A DNA stretch of 64,000 nucleotides. It comes from Azolla caroliniana. Taxonomy: Eukaryota > Plantae > Polypodiophyta. A program made the position numbers and the translations under genes. Of this stretch, positions 52,701 through 64,000 are shown one piece after another. Position 1 is the first letter of the stretch. The number at the start of each line of letters is the position of its first letter. The stretch lies in the NCBI GenBank assembly GCA_043228905.1, contig JBHGNT010000004.1, forward strand, positions 23,870,001 to 23,934,000, written 5' to 3'. The notes under the pieces are model-generated. The model was not told the origin of the DNA. It saw only the letters and a list, made by a program, of their open reading frames with translations, and made no database searches.

Positions 52701-54862
52701 TTATTCTATATAGAACCTATGCAACATAGTATGTATGTAAACTTGACCAGGATTATAAACAACTGATGGAAATTTGGGCTGATTCACTGCATTTGGGAGG
52801 CCTTGAGTTTCCAAGCACAATCCACTATGCTTTTTGTATCTAGCACCATTTTTTCCCTTTGTATCAGAAATGAAATTCCCTGTGTAGAATTGCATACCAC
52901 GGGCATTTGTAAGCAAATCCATGGCTCGACCACTGGTCGGATCTTTCACCGTGGCAGCCAAATAGAGACCACCTTCAGCTTCCGGGTTACCATTGAGTAC
53001 AAAATTATGATCATACCCTCCACTAACATCCTTCATTTGATCACGGATCTCGTGTGGTTTTCTAAAGTCAAAGGGAGTGCCATTCACAGACAACATTTCA
53101 CCAGTCGGTATCAAGTCATTGTCTACTGGAGTTATATAATCTGCCTTAATGCAAACATTATGCCCTAATATATCTCCGTTCCCATGCCCACTGAGATTCC
53201 AATATGTATGTTGTGCAAGGCTTATGGGAGTAGATTTCTTCACCGGAACAGCTTTCATCTCAGTCAGAAGTTCATAGTCTCCGCTAAGTGTATATGTCAC
53301 AGATACATCAACATCGCCAGGGAAACCTGAAACATTACATGCCCTAAATCTTCCATTAAATCGGTAAAAAGCAATTAAAACATTCCAAACAGATCTTTTT
53401 AATTACCTTCCTCTCCATCAAAGCTATGATAGAGAAATTGTACAGAAGGATTTGGATACTCTTTCAACTCCTTCACCTCCCACAGAACTTTATCAAACCC
53501 TCTTTTCCCACCTAGATTGACAAACAAGGATGCAGGTATTCGTAATTTTATTCCATGTTAGAAGATAGAACAAATCTGATAATCTTCACAAACCATGTAA
53601 TGTTATGTCAGGATTATTGCTTGTAGCAACTAGCTTGTGTTTCTCTCCATTTATCGTGATTGATGAACCACTGATTCGATTTGCAACCCTTCCAACAAGG
53701 CTTCCAAAATATAGAGACGGTTCATCCTTTGCAAAGAAGAAACATCATGAAACATAGTAACAATCTCTTATGTCACACGGGTCCCAATCTTGGGCAAAAA
53801 CTGGAATTAACACCATCATATATGTGCATCACACTAAATATCACATGCAGCTGGTATTGACACCATCATATATAAATATGATATATCAAACTACCATATA
53901 TAACATGTAGAATTTATAGTATACTACACACAAACTACCATATATAATACATTGAATGTGGCATAAAACTGTATAATGTGACATATATAAGTGGGCTACT
54001 GACAGTCCATGCTTCATAAAGAGATTTAACAAGTCAAACTTATAGAAATAACTCTTTCAGATACCAAACTTCGTTCCCCCTCACTCTTGCATATGCACTG
54101 GCATCATCATGTGTCAATATAATTTATAGAATAAGACATGCAATTGTAATTCATAGTATACCACAAAGGCAATGTAATTTATAGAATGCCATATGCGATT
54201 GTAATTCATAGTATACCACAAAGTATGCATAATGCACATAAGAATATGCATGGCACATGTAGTATCACAAACTACATAGGTAAACATGTGCATATGCATG
54301 CTGGAAACAAACAACAAATTCAAACCTAGCACAAAACATGTTGAAAACAGAGTAAATCCAAATACCTTCAAAACATAATACATGCAAGTAAACCATAAAG
54401 AGCCAAAACAACTTGAAAACATAATGCGCACAGAAAAATGTAGCCACAATAGCTGCAAATCATACTCATGAATAGCTTGAATTTCATCGGAAAATATGAT
54501 ATATTACCATGTAAGGAGCAAGGTTGTCATATCCAAGAACGACATCTGCTAAGTTTCCTGTAAACCCAGCAAAAAAATATTAACACAACAATTTCAGGAT
54601 TACGGGATGTTCTGACAGTAATTAAGTTGGACAAAATTGAGGACTAAAGGATCCTCATCAATGTAATCCATTGAGAAAAAATCATCTGAGTATAGCGAGA
54701 GGTACCTAATCTGTCGGGAAGGATAAGAGAAACAATGGAAGCTCCCCAATTCGTGACTATGAGCTTCATCTTGCTTCCTCTGCAAAGGGTAAACAACTGG
54801 GCTTTCCCATCCAGACCAAAGGGCTCTGTGTCGATCCTTTGTCCATTGGTTATCCCTGCCAT
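52701..54862 (-). CDS. Aldose 1-epimerase (galactose mutarotase)
   Basis: Exons 54862-54706, 54557-54508, 53726-53594, 53511-53407, 53326-52701. Motifs TNWGASIVSL, DVVLGYD, GRVANRI, LHGGKRGFDK, DGEEGFPG, HTYWNL, GYDHNF, QFYTGN, GLCLETQ. Start position is uncertain (see findings). Confidence 0.93.
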
Positions 54863-56099
54863 GGCTACAAAAGAGAAGCACGCTAAGAGAATCAGAATCG
54901 GAAGAAGAAGAAGAAGAAGATCCTTTTTTAAAAGAGATGCATGCAAAAAGAGAGGAGGGAGAGATCCACAACCCACTTCTTGCTTTAACTTTTTGATGCC
55001 CAATTAGAGATCAGATTGACTGAACACAACATCAGCCATGAATGTTCAAGCTGATGCAGACACAATCCAAACCGTTTAAAGCCGGTTTAGGCTTGAACCG
55101 AGCCGGTTGCCGACTTCTTGAAAATTTGTTAGCTTATATGTACATATGTATATGCATTATATGGGCCATGTTTACTAGAGTCTAGTACAAACAAATATAT
55201 TCTTTGTCGACATATTGTTGGTTATTTGATGCGAAAGAGCTTCTTGGATGGCGATGTGGCACACGATCACCGTTTGCTTGTTTAACTCAAAAAACAAATT
55301 GTGACAACATATTGTTGGTTATTTGACACAAAGAGTGCTTCTTCAATGGAGATGTGGCACATGATCATCGTTTGCTTGTTCAACACCGAAACGTGGCATA
55401 AGGAACCTGTTGTGTGCTAAAATGTGCTTATAGACCATATGTTGCAAAACACTTAGATATTGCATGTGTGTTGAGGGTGTGGATAAAACATTATGTGGTG
55501 CATGCATAGAGCAACTCTTGAAAAAGTGTATGGTAGGAGATCAAATCGAGCCTAAAGGCCTACTGAGTAGAGAGGACTTTGTTTGGGTCATTGGAAATAG
55601 CAAATTTCTTTGTGAGGTCACATCTTCGTGAAAAACGATATCTATCCCCTCCCCATTATTACATCACTACTTTTTCAAAAGTTCCCAAGATGATTGATTT
55701 TATTTTTCTTCTCCATTGATATGGACAAGGTCATCAATAGTTCACAAAAAGGGCGCCTTCGATGAGATGGTGAGATCTCATTCTTTGGAGATGGAAAATA
55801 GAGGCACACATTGGGCATCACAGAATTGTGCAAAAGCAAGGATTTACAAACTGTTGCTCATCTAATAAAAAAATCGGTGTATTTCTACTAGTTTAGATCC
55901 CGTCATCAATGCTTTGAAACACGAGAATGCGGACAATATAGAGTGTTAATAGGACAAATAGGCCCATCCATGCTCGCCAGGGGGGTCCGGCCAAAACCGA
56001 AAGAATGTCTTGGCTCATCAATAATAGTGGTCTTCAACGATCAATTGATTGATGAAAGGGGAAGGTGAACGAAGGACCAACAATCTCTCCACACACACA

Positions 56100-56500
56100 T
56101 CACCAATAATACGAAAGGAAGTTCAACCAGTATGGGAGATACCGAGTAGTACCACTGCATATCACATTTGGAAGGCTCGGTGCTCTCTCATTTTCCATAA
56201 ACTTAAAACATCACTAGCTGAATTGGTTTCAAATATTTGGTTAGACGTGGTTCATACTTTGAAGGGTCAATAGGACGGAATAGTTGGAGATTATGATGCT
56301 AAAATTGATCGATGGCATGAGTTTCTTATCATCTGGATAGCTACTCCATTCATGACATCCAATTACGACACTCCGTATTGGCATTTTTCAGCCTTCGAAA
56401 TGGTTGTTTCCCCCCCCCCCCCTGCTCGGCGCTGATCACATAGACTTTAAAAATCTTGTGAAATGTTTACACTAAAGACAAGATATCTTCATTAAAAAAA
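56100..56500 (+). mobile_element. 5'-truncated L1-like LINE
   Basis: 18-bp TSD AATCTCTCCACACACACA (56082, 56501); A-tail; HIWKARC...IWLDVVHTLKGQ...KWLFPPP is similar to the 32.7-kb LINE. Confidence 0.85.
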
Positions 56501-56507
56501 AATCTCT

Positions 56508-56509
<2 letters not shown>

Positions 56510-56547
<38 letters not shown>

Positions 56548-56569
56548 TATTACATTATTACATATATAC

Positions 56570-56600
<31 letters not shown>

Positions 56601-56680
56601 CATACATACATACATATACATATACATACATACATATATATGCATATATACATATATACATATATGTACATACATATATA
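56510..56680. repeat. (CA)n / (TACA)n microsatellite
   Basis: Seen directly. Confidence 0.95.
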
Positions 56681-56697
56681 GTGTTTCTTCCAAATTG

Positions 56698-56706
56698 GGC
56701 GGGAAA
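56698..56706 (-). promoter_or_regulatory. E2F binding site
   Basis: Canonical TTTCCCGCC about 140 bp upstream of the RPA2 ATG, as expected for a replication gene. Confidence 0.7.
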
Positions 56707-56844
56707 GGCTTCCATGATTCATTCCCCTGCTTCCTCTGTTTCCTTTGACATAGATAGATAGATAGATACAGAGATAGATAGATAGAGCAGGTGTCTGCGT
56801 GCGTGAGGAGAGGAGAGGAAGAAGAAGCAGAGGAAGAAATAAAG

Positions 56845-58616
56845 ATGTATGCATATCAGGGCCAATCCGATGGGGGATCGCTCTTCGGCGGTGGCGGTTT
56901 CATGCCTTCGCAGTCCGCCACTCAGTCTGGAGACGGGTTTGGCAGCAGCAGCAGCACTAGGGTTAGTACGAATATAAATCTCTCTCGCACTACTCCTCTT
57001 TCTCTGTTGTTACCAGCTAATTGTGTCTGCTGAAGCTCATCAACAGTAGTACGGAATCTCGCGCTTAAATCTGTGTCCAGATAGTTATACTTGGAAGTGG
57101 AAAGAAATTGAACTAGTTCTCATGGTCACAATATTATGTGTTTTCAGAAGGGAGGCTCACAAAATCCTGGTCTTCTGCCATTGACAGTGAAGCAAATTAG
57201 CCAAGCTTCTCAAAAGTCATCCGATGACAGCTTCTATGTCGACGGTGTAGATGTCAACAATGTACTCATTTAAAATCCTTGCTTGTAATATGCTTAGCTA
57301 TTATAACCCCTCTTGTTGCTGGTCTTTAATACACCCCTATATTGAGTAGGTCACTCTCATAGGTATGGTGTTCAACAAGGAGGAGAGATCAACAGATGTA
57401 TCTTTTCTTCTCGATGACTGTACTGGCAGGGTGGAAGTTAAACGCTGGTAGATTACTCAGTATTATTAGCATCTTGCTTTACATTGTAGCTTGAATAATT
57501 TATTAATTTCATATAAAAAAATGAATGGATGTGTTATAGGATTGATGGGTCTGACACGCATGAAAGCATGGAGATGAATTCAATTCAGTAAGTAATTTAG
57601 GTCTCTATCTAGACACATATATTCTATCACTCTTATTTGGGATGCATTGTATTTGTATACTCATTAAACAGGAATGGTGTCTATGTACGAGTTCATGGAC
57701 ATTTGCGATCCTTCCAGGGGAAAATGAATATAGTTGCATTTTCAGTCAGGTTGTTTGGCCTTCTAATTCTGCTCCTTGACAATCATGTATGGCAATGAAA
57801 GTAGTTATTTAAAAACTTTAACTTATGTTGCAGGCCTGTCACAGACTTCAATGAAATAACATTCCATTTTTTGGAGTGCATATACGTGCATTTACATAAT
57901 GTGAAGTCCACAGTATGCTTCTTGCCATTATTTTCTCGTAATCAACAGTAATCTATTCCCAACTGTCTGTTACTATGTACCTTTTGCTTTTCTAGGGCGC
58001 TCAATCTGGAGGATTACCTCCAACTTCTGCTGTACAAAACCCCTCAAATTCTATGTATGGAGGACCTCCTGCTAGTGGAGGTGCATGGAATAGCAATCAG
58101 GTGCAGCATTGTCATAATGCTTGGTTTTATGTTAAAACATCTCAACCCACATTATTCTTTGAATGCACAGTATACGCCCTCAGCTGCTGCAGCAGCGATT
58201 GGTGGCTCAATGGATGAATGCCAACGACGAGTGCATGCTATTTTTGAAGAACCATCTAGCTTGTATGCATAATATATAGTTCAAGCTGTTATTATTGTTA
58301 AATTCTCAATCTTCTTTTTTGTGGTGGAGTTGATCTTATTTTCAAGGGTTACCAAATGTTCTTTTGCCAGATCTGCAGAAGTAGGGGTACATATTGATGA
58401 GGTAGCTCGAAGAATGACTGGATTCAGTAAGAAGCAAGTCATGTAAGCACATTGCAATTACATTGCAGAGGGTCTCGTGAAAGTTGCATCCTTACAGTGT
58501 ATTTTGGAATCTTATTTGCTTGCATTTTGAACAGGGATGCGGTCGATTTTCTGGTTAATGAGGGTTTGATATACTCAACTATTGATGATGATCATTACAA
58601 GTCCACAAGTGGCTAA
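56845..58616 (+). CDS. RPA2: Replication protein A 32 kDa subunit
   Basis: Exons 56845-56961, 57148-57261, 57350-57447, 57540-57586, 57672-57749, 57834-57912, 57996-58100, 58171-58262, 58371-58442, 58535-58616. Motifs [60 protein letters not shown]. Confidence 0.95.
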
Positions 58617-60551
58617 AAACAAGATCAAATATAATGTCCGTATGGTTTTTATATGTGATGCACTGTATTTTTTTGTTGTTTCAAAGAGCCTGTATAGCTT
58701 AAGCTCTTAGTTTTGTTGTAATTTGGTGTTCAGTAGAAAGTTTTGTTGGAATCCTGGTCTCAAATACTAAAAAGGTTTCATGTCAGGAATCTTATCTACC
58801 GCAGATTCTGATGTTTCCTTAAACAAGGTATATTATAATACTTTACCATGATTCTATGCCTTCCATGCCCTGAAAATGGATTACAATGTTGAGGAACATA
58901 TTAATTTCTTCATGGTATTGTCACTTCAAATGTGCCACGGCATATATGCATGGGTGTATTTTAAATCTCTTGGATACTAGTGGTATGCCTAGCCAATTGT
59001 TAAAATATAATGACATTGATATCATGATATGCATGCATGTTTTTACTACCTAATTTTCCCCTCCTACATTTGGTTGAATTTCATATATTTAGAAATGAAG
59101 ACCTTGTCTGACTTCTAGTTTTATTATTTGGATATCTAGTGCCTGATGATTAGGATAGTTAAAGCTTTCGTGAAATCCTATATGTTGTAAAATAATTAGG
59201 AAGAGTAAGCCAAAATGGCTAGGCAATCAATCACACATTGAAATCTGGTAAATTCTGAAATTTAGATTCTCGTGTGCCGTCAGAAGTTGAGGGCAATGAT
59301 GCAATCCATGTGTCAAAATTTTCAAGGAAAAAAGAAACTTGAGGTGAAATAACAAATGTAGAAGCTGAATTGTAGAAACATGAGTGAAAAGCACAATAAA
59401 GAACAGGGAAACAGAGTTGAAGTGATAGAATCAAATAACATGATTACAAGGAACTAGCCAGGTTGCTGTCCAAGATGAATGCGAAACAACTTTGGAAGGC
59501 AACTGTGGTGTAAAAGTCAGAGCATGAATAGGTAAAGTGTGAGAAAACAAGTGGATAAATGTGTGTAAATGTAATAGAAAAGCTTAAAAATCAATTGTTT
59601 GATAGGTAAGCACTCTGAATTTGCTTAAACATTGCAAAGAATACGAGGAGCTTGACAGTATGTTTATGCACAATAAATGCAAATTTATCTGGTTTTTAAG
59701 ATTGATAGTCAAGTTCTTGTTTCTTTGATTTAAAACATTGTTAATTGTATCCTGTAAAGACCATGGGCGTAAGGTCAAACTAAAACCTTGTAAAAGTAGG
59801 GAACATTTATGGTATATAGGCGTATACAAATTAATATGATCGAACACGCCTATTAATAATGTACACCTATTAGGACTGTAAATCTGTCTGATGTCTCTTT
59901 TTATCCTGTCTCCGCACCTTTGCCTATACCAATAACTGATGCATGGGCAAACAGATGCCCTTCGTAAGTCAAAACAGAGAAGCAAAGATTGCTGAAGTCA
60001 GATTTTAATGATTCTAAGGAGATTTAATTGTAAGAAAACATAAAGGTAAATATATACATGTTCCCACTGTTAGTACGTGTATTTACATTCTTGTGATTTG
60101 TATTACTTTACCAGTTAAACAAAAATCTGAAAAGCTGCATGAAGTTGAGCCTTAAAAAAGAGCAATTTGCACACTGCACATTTGTAATGGAAAAATTAAG
60201 ACGGTGAGTGAAAAAACAGGCAATGGAAGATAGTGGTGTGATAGTATATATGCTACCAAAATTTCACCCCAATCATTTCATGTAGAGTATTAAAACATGA
60301 TGGGTTACCAAACATATTAGATACATCCCCAGGCTGGGAAAAGTAGTTTGAAAAGATAACCACTGTAACTGCCAAATTTTTTACTATTCTTTGTCTCCCA
60401 ATAGAAACCAGAATGTAATGTGTGATTTATATGTTGTACATGTAAGCTGAAATTCGGTTGTGTCCAGTGAAGAGGAGCAATCCCATCAATCTTATTGCAC
60501 CTATGCAAGGACACATTTAACTTATGACATTTGGAAGTCATGGGAAATGAG

Positions 60552-63500
60552 TCATTTGCCCATAACTCTCAAGGCCTGGCTCTGAATTTCCTCGATTTCA
60601 TCATCTGTAATGCCTTCATTGTCTGACAACTGATCAATTTCAGGTAGGGTCTCTTTCAGTGTATCATGGGATTTAAAATATAGGGCTGTTTCCTGTACCC
60701 ATGCAACGTCTTCACTGTCATCTGGTTTGTCATGTCTTGGGAGGTTCCTATTCCTGATCTGTGCTAGGCAATATGGTTTACAGCTCAGTACCTTTGAGCA
60801 TGATTCTCTTTCCAAAGCTACATAACATAATCTCCTCCCTACAGCAGCCAATAGCCCTCTAGTATGCCTGGCTTTCATTGTCTGCACCAACCTTGCTCTT
60901 TGGCGTCTCGTCATGTTCACACAAATCCTTGTCAAATCTAACTTTGGACTCAAACTAGACAACTTGCTCCCGTGTCTAGATCTTACCTCAACAATCTGTT
61001 TGTTTGGTTCAATAGGTGTTTGAGTAGTTGGGGCTAGCTTCTCTGAATCAATCTTTGTTGTATCTTTTATATTAACCAGCGTGCCAGTGGAAGCGTTTGG
61101 AATTAGATTACTCATCTGATTAACAGAGATATGTAGTGGCTGCATTACATCCCCAGCAGTGAAAGGAAGCACATGGGTGGGGTGAATATGGGTGACCACA
61201 CTACTCGCATTACATAGAGGCATCAGACCTGTTTGTGAAACATGTCCGATTGCAAGAATAGGCACTGAAGATGCTTGTGTTGCCTTGCAAATTAAAGAAG
61301 TATTGATCATTTCAGCTGTTCGGTAGAAATTAGTATCTATCAGATGAGGCCCTTCTGTTTCTTGCAATCCATTATCCATTGCAAATACAGGCTGTGGGGT
61401 TCCTTGGATATTAAGGTTCAGTGCGGATTCAGATCTTTGTTTTGTATTTATTACATTCTCAACATACGGAATTAGGTCAGTGTTTGTTACACTCGTGGGA
61501 TGATACATTTGCGAGACTTGAATCATATTACTGATTGCAGCATCAAGTTTTTGGGAGGCTTGAATTATATTTCCCATAGTACCATCAATTCTTTCAGCGG
61601 CTTGCATTACATTTCCCATTGCCACATTGATCATCTCAGCTGCTTGGGCTACATTCGAGAAAGCATCAGTGGTTTGTTTGGCTGCTTCGTTTTCTGTTTC
61701 CGATTTCAGATGATTCGAAAATACAGTTCCATTTCTCGATTCCATAGCTCTCTGACCTGCTCGAATCTCAAGGCCTAATTTTTCCACAATCGCTTGCATT
61801 TCCCTGCTCAACAGTATAACATTTCTCTCAGCTGCCTGAACATCTCTCCCCAACCGAACTAGCCTCTGAGCTGCGTGGATTCCTCTTTGCAATCCTTCCA
61901 CAATATCTCTGTCTGATCTCTTCGATAATTCCTTACATACACTATCTTTATCGAGTTCAAGCTTTTCGGATACTTGTGGCTCGCTGCTCTTTGCAGCTGT
62001 CAATAAACACAAAACCCTAAGAAGGATCTCCAACTGAACCAATCAGAAAACTTTGTTTTCTTCAATGTCAGGAAGTGCACACCTGGTTTTTGAAGCCATT
62101 GCCATAGTCTGGAGGTGTGCTTATCTCCGGTATCCTTTGGAGACAGAGTCCGTGGTTTCTTCTTGTTCTGTAGTTTTTGCGGGCTTCCATGTGGTGTTAT
62201 TCTTTTTAAACCGATCATGATGGCTGGCTGTTTGGTGGGTTTGGTGGTTGCCACCAGGATGTTTTGTTGTTTACAAGAGGATGGAACATCATCTGCCAAT
62301 CTGGGGTTATTAAGACCTTCACCACAGGAAGAATCGACAGCAACATCGCAAATGAGCTGCGTGCTCCTATGTCTTCTCCTCACCCTGCCTTTTCCAGTTT
62401 CCAGGAAGCGTAGGACTTCGTTCCTGGAGCGGAAGCGACGTCCAGATAAAAGATCCTTGTAATACTGCTCAAATCATAGCCAGTAAAATAAATAACGAGT
62501 TCAAGTCAAACTTACATTTTAGGACCAGCCACAATTTTTTGTGCCATAAATTTCCATGGGAGCCATTGATTAGAATGCCAGATTGACGACAGCATGTTTA
62601 CAAGGTACAAACACAGCCTTATTTTCAAGTTACACTGATTTAAATGCCCTTGGAATATTTAATTCTCAGATTAGCCCATTCCCGTGGATCAACTAAACAA
62701 ATACAAATCCATCTTTTTGGGTCTCATTTTATAAATGTCATAGGGGGACGAATCAATGCATTTTGTGCTCAGGGAACAAAGTAAACATTTGTTTTATGAG
62801 GTGGTTATATTTGGGTTGCGAATCCCTGAGCTTGTTGCTGTAATTGGGGATGCAATACCCTCCAATAGTTAGGTGAAGAGATCTGACGCTAACAACTTAC
62901 AAAAATCCCTGGGGGAAGGGAAGGGGAAGGGGGCAGCTGTACCTTGTCTCGAGTGCCGGCAGTGGTGCCAGTTTGCCGAATATGAAGTTCGGTTATCCAA
63001 CCATCTGGTAACCAGTCAGGAGATTCAATTTGGGTATCAGCAATGATGGGAGCTACCAGGGCAGAACATGGATTGGGCATGTGGGTTGGAGATTGAGGGG
63101 CATCAGATCTTATAGCCTGTACTGAATGGGTAGCAATGATGGCTGGAAGGGCACAAGGAGCAGGACCAGGGGGTGCATTAGCTGGATTTGCAGAACGAGG
63201 TAGAAGGAGAGGTTGTTGTCTGGGCGGCTTTTGCACATGTTCTGCGGTGGTGACAGTCGCTTCCATAGCCGGCATATTTTGCTGCCCTTTGTGTGCTACC
63301 AGCATAGTGCCCCGGAAGACCACGTCCTGCCAGTTGGATAACAATGGGGAGCCTCTGCTGCCCTGTTGCTGTTGCTGCTGCAGCCAAAACCCATCTGTAA
63401 CCATCGGGCTCAGAAACGGCGCAGTTTCTTCTAGCTGTTGCTGCTGCAGCAGCTGCTGAGCCTGTTGTGAATGGTGTTGGTAATGATGGAGGGTAGAGTG

Positions 63501-63659
63501 GCCGTACATGCCATGGATGGGAGGCCAATTGGCCAATGGTATTGCCACAGAAGCCAGGGGTGCTTGAGTAGGGTCCCCGAAATCTTGCTGCTGGCAATTA
63601 ATGTTGAGGTCAAATGCGTGTACTCTGTTGAGATCAAAGGGGAATTTCCTGCTGTACAT
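60552..63659 (-). CDS. Methyl-CpG-binding domain protein (MBD5/6-like domain), 847 aa
   Basis: Exons 63659-62943, 62464-62083, 61996-60552 (2544 nt, in frame). MBD reads WLPDGWITELHIRQTGTTAGTRDK|YYKDLLSGRRFRSRNEVLRFL. Poly-Q N-terminal region and long C-terminal region. Confidence 0.85.
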
Positions 63660-64000
63660 GATGGAGTGAAGAGGGTATTGTGGAGCTCTAGCCTGGCTTG
63701 CTTCAGAAATTTAGCATAACCACCAGCAGCAGCAGCAGCAGTACGAGAGACAAGCTTCTTTGCTGAAGCCAAATTTTGGGGGAGGAGGGGGTCAAAATTG
63801 GGGCTTTCTGTAGAGGGAGGGAGAGAGATAATTCATGAGGTAAAAAGCTTCTTCTGCTGTAGCAGAGTTTGGGGGGGTTGGTTCTCAGAATTGGGTTTTC
63901 TTCATAGAAAGAGGGAGAGATGTGTATGTATGTGTGTTGTAATGACTTCTGTATCTGTTTCCTGGGAGTACTCTGCTTCCTCACTCAACCCCTGGTTTGA

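Noticed and set aside
56467-56854. Cys/Tyr/Met-rich ORFs, and poly-ER or poly-SL ORFs elsewhere
   Set aside because: Translations of microsatellites.
60552-62042. Independent 496-aa gene
   Set aside because: Non-ATG start; a phase-compatible 86-nt GT-AG intron links it to the MBD exons.

Overview
Eukaryotic land-plant nuclear DNA with spliced genes, many (GA)n microsatellites and nested transposons. The gene and TE mix looks like a fern or other seed-free vascular plant, but that is inference only. Host genes reconstructed with GT-AG exons: a PTST3-like CBM48 starch-targeting protein (runs off the left end), two intact intronless germin-like proteins, a PLS-class PPR, a plastid YrdC/Sua5 (YciO-like) protein, an aldose 1-epimerase, RPA2/RPA32 with an E2F site, and an 847-aa MBD5/6-like protein with an unusual architecture. 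The 4-37 kb interval is a rearranged germin cluster built by two tandem segmental duplications, each leaving one intact and one deleted germin. It also holds a Sola-like transposase relic, Ty3/gypsy gag fragments primed by tRNA-Trp, solo LTRs and LINE ends. The most notable observations are: two related solo LTRs that each carry a tRNA-derived Pol III-type cassette at the same position; a recurrent 4-bp AYRT target site for the LTR elements; a duplicated exon whose length changes are almost all short insertions; and the MBD protein with EAR-like motifs and a helical repeat. All alignments were done by eye and no database searches were run.
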